A stretch of 64,000 nucleotides of DNA from Geosiphon pyriformis uo1. Taxonomy: Eukaryota > Fungi > Glomeromycota. Both the position numbers and the translations under genes were made by a program. Positions within the stretch are counted from its first letter, which is position 1, and every line of letters begins with the position of its first letter. Shown here in pieces: positions 24,284 through 36,239 of this stretch. The DNA is taken from the NCBI GenBank assembly GCA_016748015.1, contig JAAOMT010000213.1:340485-404484 (forward strand), in the 5' to 3' direction. Under the pieces are notes generated by a model that worked only from the letters and a program-made list of their open reading frames with translations, did no database searches and was not told the DNA's origin.

Positions 24284-26899
24284 CTGTTTTTTCTATTTTC
24301 TTTTTTGTATTTTTTTATGAGTAATAAAAAGCCAAAGAATTGTTTATAATTATGGCAATACTCATACCAAAAAAACCAATATTCAGACCAGAAGTAAAAA
24401 TCTGAACTTCATTAAACTTATTCATAATTTATGGTCTAATGCTAGACTTTAATTTAGTTTCTGTAATAATCAAAATCATATTCTTCAATTTTATATGTTA
24501 ATGAACAATATCTTTTTGCTTGGTAAAAATATTAAAATCTCAAATATTGCACATAGCAATCTTCTAAACCAGACTTTTTATTGAGAAAAATGAGACCTTA
24601 ATTCCAAAACAAGATTGTCAACCTTGGCCAAAAAACTTATAACCATATTTAAGAAACTTGTTAAGCTGTTTTCTAATTTAGAAACCACTAATAAATCTAA
24701 AAACACTGCTTCTATAACAGTTTTATTATAAATAAATGCACCTGAGTTCTTACTTATCACTATATCTGTTTCTTAATTCTGTAACAAAAGGGTTACCAAT
24801 AACTAATATTTAGAGCTAAACTGGGAAACTATTAACCCAAATGCATCTAACCTCTTAGCCAGCTTGTTAACTTGTTCTATAAGGTTAGCAAGACTATATT
24901 TAAGAGCAGCAAATCTATTGTTTACATTTAAAAAAATCAGTAGAAGTGGTTTAGCATCCAAAGATGAATTAATACTAAAAGAAACCAAAGATATTACATG
25001 AGAAATAAAACTACTAACAATTTGCACCCAAGTTTTTTCACTAAATAAAATAGGACAAGTAATTGGTACTTGTTTCTTTTTATATATGTTTGCCAAATGA
25101 ATTTGATCTTGAAAAATGACCAACTATTTACTATAATTACTCAAATTTTTATTCACCAAACACATACCAAAAACATAACCAAAATAAGTGTACTAAGCAC
25201 AGTAAACCAAAGAAAAACCAGTTTAGTGTAAATTTACATTCCTAAAAACTGGTATAGAACTAATAGCAACCTTTTTAAAAGTCTCATTAGCAAAACAAAC
25301 TATAGCACATTTGTTATATACATATGAATTTAAATTACAGCCAATAAAACAAGTCTTTTTACTATATGATTTCAACAAATTAAAAAGATTATAAGCACTA
25401 GTAACAACTGGCAAAATATATAGCAAAATCTAATAAAAATCTCTAAATATTTATAACTGTTTATTATTGATCACCAAAGTCATATACACAGAATTTTTTT
25501 CCATAAAAACTGACCAGTTGGAAACAATTGAGCTGGCAATATTTAATAATTCAAACTTAACTAAAATCTTTTGCCAAAGACTAATTAGCTGTATTTTGAT
25601 TGAAATAATCTTACCAAATTTAGAAAAAACTGATTTCACTGCTAATTTGAGAAGATTTACAGAGATTTTCTTGACAATCATCTTTTAATCTATATGGTTA
25701 TTTGGTTTTCTAATGTTATTATTAACCAGAATTTTCTCACTAACTGTCAATTCTTTTGCTTTTTTTAAACTCAACTTAAATGTAAAAGAAGATCTAATTA
25801 TTTTAAGAATTTTTAAGAGAATAGAGGCTTTCCTAAAACCATTCACATGATAGAAGATTTTTTTTATAGTAATTAATTTATCATTATTAGTTTTGTTGGA
25901 CACAATAGACAACTCAACATTTAATGCAAACAATTTAATAGGCTCAAAGTTTCACTTTTTTAGAACATGTGATCTGATCAATAGCAACTTTTCAGAACCA
26001 ATAAACTTAAGAGATAGAAGCATTAAGCTATTGTCATTATTACTTATATTAATAAACAAAAGTATTTTTAGAAAGTGACCCAATACATACATTTAAATAC
26101 AAGTTTTTCTTGGTATAGTTTTATTCATATTTTTATCACTCACTGAAATGTTTAAATCTGCATAACTTATTTTCTTAGCAACTGTGTTCTTTATATTTTT
26201 AATATTTAAAAAATCATTAATATTACTTATAATACTATTAATATTACTTCTCCAGAATACCACCAGCTTGATGCCAGTTCTACCAATATTTTTTAGGCTT
26301 AAAAAGCCAGCAAATAAGTCGACTACACTATTGGCTAGAGACTTTTTTGGTTTTTTATAAGATATATTACAGAAATAAATGCTTTTTACACATTTTTTTT
26401 TGGTGTTCAGATGGGCCTTCAAATTAGTCAAACCAGAACCAAAACCATTAACAAGCATGTTTACCAGTTTTATTGTAACAAAAAAGGTTGTATATAAAGA
26501 AATAACTAAAAAAAAACAAAAGAAAAAAAATAAAAGAAAAGCTAGTTCTTTAATAAATTTTCTGTTCTTATTATGGCTAGGAGATTAATAAGAGAAAGAT
26601 TTTTTTTGGTTAATATATTTTATTATTTTGTGTAAATACTTTATAATAAAAGTTAAATTTTTTATAAAAATTTTTATCTGTAAGCTTTTTAATAATATAT
26701 AAGTATCTTATTGTAAAAATCAATTTTTTTACAGAAAATTTTGACTATAAACTATTCAATAATATAAAAAATATATATATATAAAAATAAAATATAAAAA
26801 AATATAAAAATATTATTTCTAGTTTAAATTTGAATTTGATTAAATAATTATTAAAAGAGGTAGTTGTAATTATAAGTTTTTAAACAGTAATAATTAGAA

Positions 26900-29450
26900 A
26901 AAAGTTTGTATTTATTAATTAATAAAATATTTTTAAAAATTAGTCTTCAATATTTTTGATTTTTAATAATTCTGTTTTTTTAAGATTTGTTGTTCAATTA
27001 AACATTTTAGTATTGTTTTTATCAAATAGATATATAATAAAAATAATAAATTTTTTGACTGAAAGAGTTTTAAGTATTGAAAACATTTTGATTTTTATGG
27101 TCTGATTTTTGTATAATTTTTATTAACAATAACATATTTAGATATTCCTATAAATTAACAAACTTCTTTTTTTTCTATAAAAAATACCCAGTTTTTGAAT
27201 ATTTTAAGTTCCAAAAAATTTTGTTAAGTATATAATAAGTTGCTAAAAACTAATTCTTTTTATATTTTTGTTTATACTAATAGTTTTTTAAAGAATTTGG
27301 ATTTGATAAACATAAAAATTAGTGTTGTAGTGTTTTTTAATAGTTTAAATTTTAGTATTAGTGTCAGAATTTTTGGTCTAATATTATTTATTTGGTTAAT
27401 TTATAAATTATTATATTGGTTTTAAAATATGGTCTTTTTTTTTGTATAGTTATAATATTTTTAAACAATTAAGCAGTCTTAAATGCTTGTTTTTTAAAGT
27501 TAATTTTGGTGTTATCTAATTTTTATAACTATTGTTAAATAAAATATTGTTATATTGTAAAAATAATTAGTAAAAAAATTTAAATATGTCTTGATTTAAG
27601 ATTAAAAGTTATTCTAATATTTTTAATAATAATAAAGTCAATGTATTGACTGATGCTATATTATTTTCAAATTTGGTATTATTAATTATAGTTTAGAAAA
27701 AGTTTTTAAAAACTAATAGTATATATATATTTGATAATACTAAACATTTTATTTGTGAAATTTTTCAGATAATTAATTATGCTTATTAAGAAACTAGTTG
27801 TAATATCAGAATTATAAACTAGAATTTGATTAAAAATGTGAATTGAATTGGTTTTTTATAAGTTTGGCATTTGAACTTTTATATAACAACTGGATACACA
27901 AATTGAATTATTACTAGTGCTTGTTTTATTTTATAAAAGCCTTTTATTATCAGTTGTCTATAGTTTTTTGTAAATATTTGTATAATAAATGCTATATAGT
28001 ATTTTGTATTTTTTTTATAGTAATATTAAATTTTTTAATTATTTATTTTTATGTTTAATAAACTTTATTGCTTATAATACTTTGTTAATTTCTTAGGCTG
28101 CTATATAGAAATCTATTTTTAAATTGTACAAAGCTTTATTTTATATGTTTTAGTTATTATTATTATGTTTATTAAATATTATAATATGTATTATCTTGTG
28201 TAAAAGGTTTGTTTTTTGGACTTAATATTTGGAATTTTTCTCTGTTTTTGGAAATTTTAAGGTTGTTGTAAATAAGATTATAGATTTTGTACATAGTTTG
28301 AGTTTGGTATTCAAAAATAAGATTTGGTTTATTTACTATAAATATTAAGCAGTGTTACTTATAGAATATAAAAATTAAATATTAGTACATAAATTAGTCA
28401 ATCAGAATAGATGTAATAAAAATAGAATTGCAGAATTCCAGAATTACAGAATTCTCATATAAGAAATTACAGGATTTCAGAAATTTCAGAATTTTTGGCT
28501 AGAGAATTAAGGAATTTAAGGAATCTCATATAACATAAATTATATATATATATAGTGAAAGTATTAAAAACAGAAAAAGCAATTCCAAGAAAATTCAATA
28601 AAGTTTTATTAATTTAGAACAATCCCCTTTTTTCTCTATTTATTAATCTTCACTTTATGGATAGTTACTATCAACTGAGTAAATTTATTAAAAAAATATT
28701 AAATAAAACATACTTATTATCATCCAATTTATATTATTGTTGTTTGTTTGAGAATCTAATCACTCTTCTATTTTATTAACACTTTATGTTAATAAAATCT
28801 ATTACTTAACTTGCTAACACAATAGCTCTTGATTATGGCTATTAACAAGACACTTATTTCTTATTTCTTATTTTATTTTCTTTATTTTTTTATTTTTTTT
28901 TATTTTTTTTATTTTTATTTTTTTGTTGTTCACTAAATTGATTAAAAGGATTAAGTACTGAATTATTAACATCAAAATAACTGGTAAAAGACCCAAGAAT
29001 AAGGATAGAACACTCAAAGATTGAGAATAGCTTACCAAGAAGATTACTGGCTATTATGCTAAAGAAAAAATTTGACAGAATTGTAATTCCGAGAAGCTAC
29101 AGATAAAACAATACTTAAATTTCTGTTCATTATACAAAAGACTTAACAAAAACCTTCAGAAATTACCAACACCATTATATTAATTGAGCACTAAGTTATG
29201 AGTTTGTTATTTGTATTAATACCTCAAATAATCATCTATAACAGCAGTTATAAAAAAAAATTTAATTTTACTAAATAACTTAATGTTTTTATTTGTTGAT
29301 AATTTTTTAAATATGCTGTCAAAAAATATAGTTAAATTATTTAGTATTACAAAAACTCTAAACATTAGTTTTAGTATATATATTTTGTGTTTTTTTATTT
29401 TTTATTTTAACAAAAACATATTTGTTTATATAAAAATATAATAAAGATTT
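26900..29450 (+). mobile_element. Highly degenerate 3' fragment of a LINE (RNase H region and downstream), interrupted by a solo LTR
   Basis: IFVYTNSFLKNL...VVVFF.SLNFSISVRIFGL matches the RNase H region of the LINE at ~34800 (ILIYTNSFVKNF...VAYFSDLSLDIEVKVHGL). Boundaries approximate. Confidence 0.65.
28353..29243 (+). repeat. Solo LTR, family B-related (891 bp)
   Basis: TGTTACTT...TATAACA termini with a perfect 4-bp TSD GCAG; blocks homologous to LTR B (AATAGCTCTTGAT, GTTTGTTATT). Confidence 0.9.
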
Positions 29451-32400
29451 TAAATTTTTTTTTCTTTTTTATCTTAATTCCCAAAAAAAAGTTCAGAATT
29501 TTGAAAGAAGTTTTTTTTTTGTTTTACTATTACATATTTTACTATTTCTCAAATACCAAATCCTTTTGTTGTCAAACTGGCTATTACTATGAGTGGTTTC
29601 AGTACTAAAAAAAAGTTGGCTAGAGTTGTGGCTTTAAGTTCAGTTAGTGGAAGCTTGACCTAAAAGCAGAAGTTATTGTTTGGCAATATTAAGCATTCTG
29701 GTAATGAAACAGATTTAAGTTTTGAAAATTTGGAAAAGATTATTGGCCAATTTGCTGATATAAACACAGATGATAATATTAATAGTAAAAATAAAGCTCA
29801 ATTAAATTTTAAGATGAATATACTTAAAATAAAAAGAGTCAACACTAGTACTATAGTCAATTCTTCAATTGGTTTTTTGGTCTTTAATATGAATAATAAA
29901 GATAAGATATCTTTTTTTTTCCACTTACTTATCTTTTTAACAAAAGGTAAATTGATTCTAATATAATTAAAAATCAGGTTAAAGTAACTGTTAGAAGATT
30001 TTTTGTATTAGATATTAATTTTTTAGCTATGAAAAGCAAATTGGCAACTGCAAAAACTCAATTAATTAGAAAGTTTTTTTTAACAATTAATGATTTTGGA
30101 AGGAAGCCACTATTCTTTTAAAATTTGAGAAAATTATTAAATTTATATTCACTTTAGAAGAAAGCATGAAAAAAGCTGTATTATTGACCAAAAAGAAAAG
30201 AATTATTCTGAACAGCAATTTCAAAAAACAAAAAATTTGTTCAGATTAGGCTGTGGTAATCAAAGAAATTCTTATAAATATGCCAAAAAAAATGATTGTT
30301 ACTGCAGTAGTTGAGTTTGGTCAGATAATTTTGATCTAATTACAATTAATTAGACTATAACAAAAGACTGTGATAAAGTTTACTAAATTGAGTCAAGCAG
30401 ATTTGTTGGCTGCAAAATGGTTATTTTTAATCAGGAAAAATTTGGTGTATATAATCAAAACTATAAAAGATTGTAATATCTGGACATCAAAAAATTGGTT
30501 TAAGATACTTTTGTTTATCTTGTTAATAAGAACTATTGCTCATAATCTGAATACTTTATTAAAAAAAGCTGATAAAAAAACCTGTGTTATTAATTGTTTT
30601 TTTGAAACTGGCAATAGGGTTTATTGCACTATGATTGGTTTTGATATAGAAAATAATCTGAATTTGTTTTTTATACAGAGCTGATTTTTGGTGGTATAAA
30701 ACTTTCTTGGACCAGTTTTAGTTTGGTTTATTGTAAAAAGTATGAGCATTTGGAGTATTCAGTTCTAGAATGTGATATATCAGATATATCTGTTCTGTTT
30801 TTATCAAAAACTTATAAAAAAATTGTCTTAGATGAAAATTGCCTTTAGTTAGCCAAATTATATGCAAAAAAGAGTGTTCTAATTTTCTGTTCTACTGTTT
30901 TTGGTGGCAAATTTTGGGCTCAAGTGGTTTTGTTTACTGCTTTTACTAATAACTTTTATATTGGTTCTGGTTCTGGTTTTAGTTTACATTCTTTAGGATT
31001 GTTATGTTCTGATCAAGTTTTTCTAATCTTCTCTAATGACTTATTAATTATCAACTATTTAACCTTTGTGGAATGTTCTTTGAAGCTTTTGGCTGATTAA
31101 GTGTCTAGCATTATATATAAGCTCAACAGTATAAAATTGGTGTCTTTGTCTTTGCTTTCTTCTTTTCATAATTTAGTAGAGTCAGTAATCTCTAATTTGT
31201 AGTCTGAATTTGAATATAATTTTAGATAATTTGATAGCTTTGCTTTCTCCTCTTCTTATAAGTATTGTTAAAGCCTAAGTTTTAAATCTAAGCAGTTTGA
31301 AAATCTTAACCACCAAAATGGGCAGTTTGGAATTAAAATTTGTGGCTTTTAAAGCTTATATTGGTTTAGTTTTATTAAAGTTGAATTTATTGTATACTGG
31401 CTTAAGTTTTTTAACATTTTTTTTATTTTAATAAATAATTTGGTTTGGAAAATTGCTATATGCAATATTAGGAGTATGAACAATTTAGTAAAACAAGAGA
31501 ACATTGTTTATTGGCACAGAGATATAGGTATTTCTATATCTATTATTATAAAAACAAAGTTAAAAAGCAAAATTTACTCTTAGATAATAAACAAGTTTGA
31601 TGAGATTAGAGTTTTTATCTCTGGTATAGACTTTAATTATCTAAGATCTGGTGTTGCTGTAATAATTAACAACAATATTATGAAACATATGTGCAAAATC
31701 TCAGAGATGACTAGTTGGTATTTGTCAATATATTTGCTGTTTAAATTATTTTTTAGTTTTTATTTTGGGTTTATATGCTGAAACCACTCTGGGAAAAAGA
31801 TTAATTCAGTTATGTAAAATCAACTTAATGGTAGTTAAAGCTTTGAATAGTAATACTTTTGTAATTCTTAGAGAAAATTTCAATAAAAATAGGTCTGATC
31901 ACAGTATAAGTTTCAGAAAGTTTTTAAATATAAGATTATACAACTCTTTCAATGGTTTTTCAGTTTGCAAATTACCAACTTTAAAAGAGTTAAGAAATGC
32001 ATAAACTTTGTTTTAGTTAATGATAGTCTAAAAAGTTTCTCTTTTAATTAACAAATTTATTGTTTGGATGAGTTTTTTAATACTGATTACATAGTTATTT
32101 TAACAGATATTGGTTTGAGAAAACTCCTTAGTTCTCATTATATTTTAGTGCACAAACAAATTATTAAAAATAGATGGAAGTTTAAAATCAGTAGTGTTAA
32201 TAAAAAGATCTAAAAAAAGTTTGAAAGTTTATTACAGGCTGCTGTTTTGACTATTATTAACAACTTTAACAACTATAGAAATAGATTTGACATTAATGAA
32301 ATGTAGAAACTGTTCAGTCAAGTAGTAAGCTTTACTACTAATGCCACTCTCTTGAAAACTTGGTTCAAAAATTACAATGTACTTAAATGCACTGTATTTT

Positions 32401-35400
32401 CTGGGTCTTATAAGTTAGAATTATTAATGTCTAAAATTTTAAAAACATATAAGCTGAATAATGTAAAAAAAGTTTAAGCTTTGATTAACAAATAAATCAG
32501 GTTAGATTCTGTTTAGGCCATAGAGTTCAGAAATATTTTAATAATAATTGTAGTAAGATTTTGATTAAATTATTATTGGTTCATTCCAAGAGCTTTTATA
32601 GGTTTTGTAAGTTGTTAAAATCTAAAGTGGTTAAGAATTCCAGAATTAGAGCTGTTATTACCAAACACATAGAAATCTTTATTAGCAACAAAAGTTAAAT
32701 GATAAAAAATGTGCTGAAAAATTTTTTTAAATTATATTAGATTGTTTGGTAAACAATAATAATTTGATTTTGAAACCTGATTTAGTTAAGTATAAAGTTA
32801 ATGTAATTATAAAAAATTGGACCAGAAAATATGTAGTTAAAAACACTGTTTCTGTTTATTGGCAAATTCAGTTTGCATTTTTTAAACATGTTGAAGATAA
32901 GATATTTTCTGGTGTTATAGAGTGCATTAGTCTTAATGAGTTTTTATTGGTAATCAATAAGCTTCCAAATAGCAAAACTGCTGGACTGTTTGATATTTTT
33001 AATAAGATGTGAAAACAATATAATAAGTGTGTTTTGAATTTTCTTCTGTGTTTACATAATTTGTGCTTGAAGATTGAATCTGTTTTTAATGTCTAAAGGA
33101 AGACTTGGATGTTAATAATTCAAAAATCTTATAAATAAAAAAGTGTTTTTACCAATATTAGACCAATTGTTTTCATTAAGACTGCAAAAAAAATTCTTTT
33201 AAAAGTCTTGTCTAATTAGATATTTGGAGTCTGCAACAAGTATAATGTTTTGTAAAAAGACAATTTCTTGGTATTAAAGAGCATTTCAACTCAGTTTTTT
33301 ATCTTTACTGTTGGGTCTGTAATAAAGAATGTTTTGGAAAAAAGCAGAGAGGTGTGGTTGATACTTTAGAATATGAGAAAAGCTTATAATTTAGTGGAAT
33401 AGTCACATTTGAAACAGAGTCTAAGGAAAATTAAAATATGTAACAGATTTATTAGATTCTTCAGTCATATTTAAAATTATTATAAGAATAAGATAATAAT
33501 AAACTTTGGTTTGTTTAATAGTTATATAGTTCATAATAATCTGAATCAGAGTAAATTTTTTTCATCTTTTTTTTAGAGAATTTTTTATGATCTTCTATTG
33601 TGTAAAGTAAAAAAGCATAATTCAGTTTTTGGATACTGCATGGATTCTAGATTTATTTTCAAAACCAGTAAAATTGAAATAAATGCAAATTTAATCTCTT
33701 ATTTGGCTGTTAGGGTCTTTGTAAATAATATGATTTGAATTGGCAATTGTTATACATAATACAAAACATTTTGAATATTACTAGCAAGTTTTTTAACATT
33801 ATAAATATTTCAATAAATATAAAAAAACAGTGGCAATTTCAATAAACCTAAGATTTAGTAGTGTTTCTTTGAGTATAAGTAGTTTTTTTATATTAATTAC
33901 AAAGACTGGCGAAATTTATTAGTATTTAGGCATCTTTTTGTTAACTAAAGGTTTCTTCAGTTCGAGCATAAAAAAGGCTAATTCAGATGTAAAGTTTTTT
34001 GCATTAATAGTTTTGTGCAAAAACTATTTTAAATAAGCAATTTTCTTATTTGGTTTCTGTAGTTTTACAGCCAATTATTGAATACAAAACTCAGTTCAGC
34101 TTTATTAACAAAAATACATGTAACAGATAGAACTGTTTAATCAGAAAGAGCTTAAAGATTAAGACCAATTTGCTGAATGATTTTTTTAATAAGATGTATA
34201 CTACTTATCTCTGTATAATTTGAAGTCTTTTGATCAGATTTAATTAGAAGAAAAGATAACATTAGTAATGACTTTTGTTAATGCTTGAAGTATTCTTGAT
34301 CAGTTTTTTCAACATATATTATTGGATTTATAGATGTTGAATTGGGTTCCTTGTAATTCTCTTTAATTTCAAGTTAAAAGTCAATTTGATAAACAACTTT
34401 TTTGCTGACATTGTTTAAATCTTTTTGCACAATAAAATTCAGTTGTATAATAATTTGTTTAGTGCTTTTTGTCTCAAAAATAAGATTCTTGTAATAGATA
34501 TTTTGGATCAGGTAGAATATTTCAAATCTATAAGTCTCTTAAGTATTTTGGCATAGTTTTTGCAAATCAATTTTTGAATAGTTATAAGATGTGTTTTTTT
34601 TGGAAAAATTTTTGCCATTAGAAATAGTTGAATCTCAGAAACCCAATTTTTTTTTGGTTTGTATAAGTTTCAGAGTTTGTTAAAGATGGTAGTTTGGCTT
34701 ATAACTTTTAGTCTGTTTTTATCTTAATTCTAATACAAGTATGTTCAAAGTAAATGGCTTTTATGCCATTTATTTTCAGTTAAAAAATGCTTTATTGTCC
34801 AAGATTTTAATTTACACTAACAGTTTTGTTAAAAATTTTGGGTCTTTTAATGTAATTAGTAGTACTGTTGCTTATTTTTCTGATCTAAGTCTGGACATAG
34901 AGGTGAAAGTTCATGGTTTGCTTTTGTTAATTTTGGCTAAGTTGTAGACTATAATGTTGGCTCTTAAGTGTATTCTGGCTTTTTTCAATGTTATAATTTT
35001 TTCTAATAGTCAAATTTCTATAGATATGTGTCAAGCTAAATTGAGATTAATAGCACTTGACTTTTATAATAAATGTTGGATTAAGTAATGTTGTTTTAAT
35101 AGTTTGGTTAAAAATAAAGAAATTTTTGTAAGTTAGACAAAGGTAAAAAGCCATTTCAGTATATTAAACAACAAAATTGCTAATAGATTGGCTAATCAAA
35201 CTGCATTCTTAAGGCTTGTTTTTCTAATAAACATTTAAGAAAATTTCTTGCTGGCTAATAATATAATAATTTTTGGCAATGCTCAACATTTTGTTAAAAT
35301 TACATACAATACTATAAGACATTTTTAATGAGAAGTTGGTTCTGATGTTAATACTATAGATTCTTTATATGTTGATAACATTAATTAAAAACTCACTTTT

Positions 35401-36209
35401 TTGGTTTAACATCTTGATTCTTATATAGCAGCTGGTTATATAAACAAATAAACAGCTGGTTTGTATATATACTTAATAAAAATGGTTTATAAAAGATTAT
35501 CTGTAACAGTTAAGAAGCACTTGTATAATTATAGTTATTCAAGTATATTATGTATGCATTATGAAAAAGTGGAGTTTTCAAATTACAGTTTTTGTTGCAG
35601 CTTAGATTTGTCTATTTGTTAGAATCTATTAAATAAATGCTTTTTTCTTTGAAAGTTTTCTACTAAAGTAACTTTGGTCTTATTTGTGGTTTTTTAATTA
35701 TTGTTTTTGTGTATTTTTGATGTGAATTTATACACTGTTTTGTACAAGAAATTTGTGCTTAAGAATTGGTTGGTAGAGGCCAAAACTGTTTTTAAAAATA
35801 CCAATCTTGTTATGACCAAGATAGTTGATTTTATATGTGGGCTAGTAACTAGTCATAGAGAGCAAATTTAGATGTCAAATTTGAAACTTTAAGCTAATAT
35901 GAATTACAAAAATTTGGTAAGTGAAAATAGTTTTTTGTTTAATGCTGTTTGTGATCTTTTTTCTAAAGTCTTAAGAAATATAACATGATTGTTGAGAGTA
36001 GAAAAAAGTTATGCTATTAGTTTTGGTTCGAGAATAGATCATTTGTTTTTTGCTGGTGTGATAAAAAATATTGTTGTATAGTGTAGTTTTAATTAACTGG
36101 GTGGCTAGTTACATATAGCAAGTATGTAATTTATATCTAATTTAGAACTCTAGATAGTTGTATTGTATTAGATAGTGATTGAACCTTATTTGTAAAATGC
36201 AAAAAAAAA
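29450..36209 (+). mobile_element. Degenerate full-length LINE (ORF1 ~29590-31430; ORF2 APE-RT-RNase H ~31430-36080; poly-A tail)
   Basis: ORF2 start NNLVWKIAICNIRSMNN (APE). RT remnants RPIVFIKTAKKI and FVNNMI*IG (decayed FVDDTIWIG). RNase H remnants IYTNS, KVKSH, NKIANRLA. A-rich tail at 36200. Confidence 0.85.
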
Positions 36210-36239
36210 TATGTAGTATTGTTATTTTTTTATTAAAAT

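Larger units (their letters stand above)
12160..24326 (-). repeat. Old solo LTR (family B-related), itself interrupted by element B (parts 12160-13019 and 24284-24326)
   Basis: Reverse-complement homology to the solo LTR at 28353-29243 over ~700 bp. Decayed termini TATTACA / GAGTAATA; LINE sequence resumes on both sides. Confidence 0.78.
7887..26620 (-). mobile_element. Degenerate near-full-length LINE (ORF1; APE-RT-RNase H ORF2), split by nested LTR insertions at 12160-24326
   Basis: ORF1 remnants at 24580-26460. The APE region continues across the insertion (...IAIIINNSLA | ..VSKIDEI...). RT/RNH remnants at 8400-11900. The 3' tail near 7890-7980 resembles the tail at 36110-36209. Confidence 0.8.
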
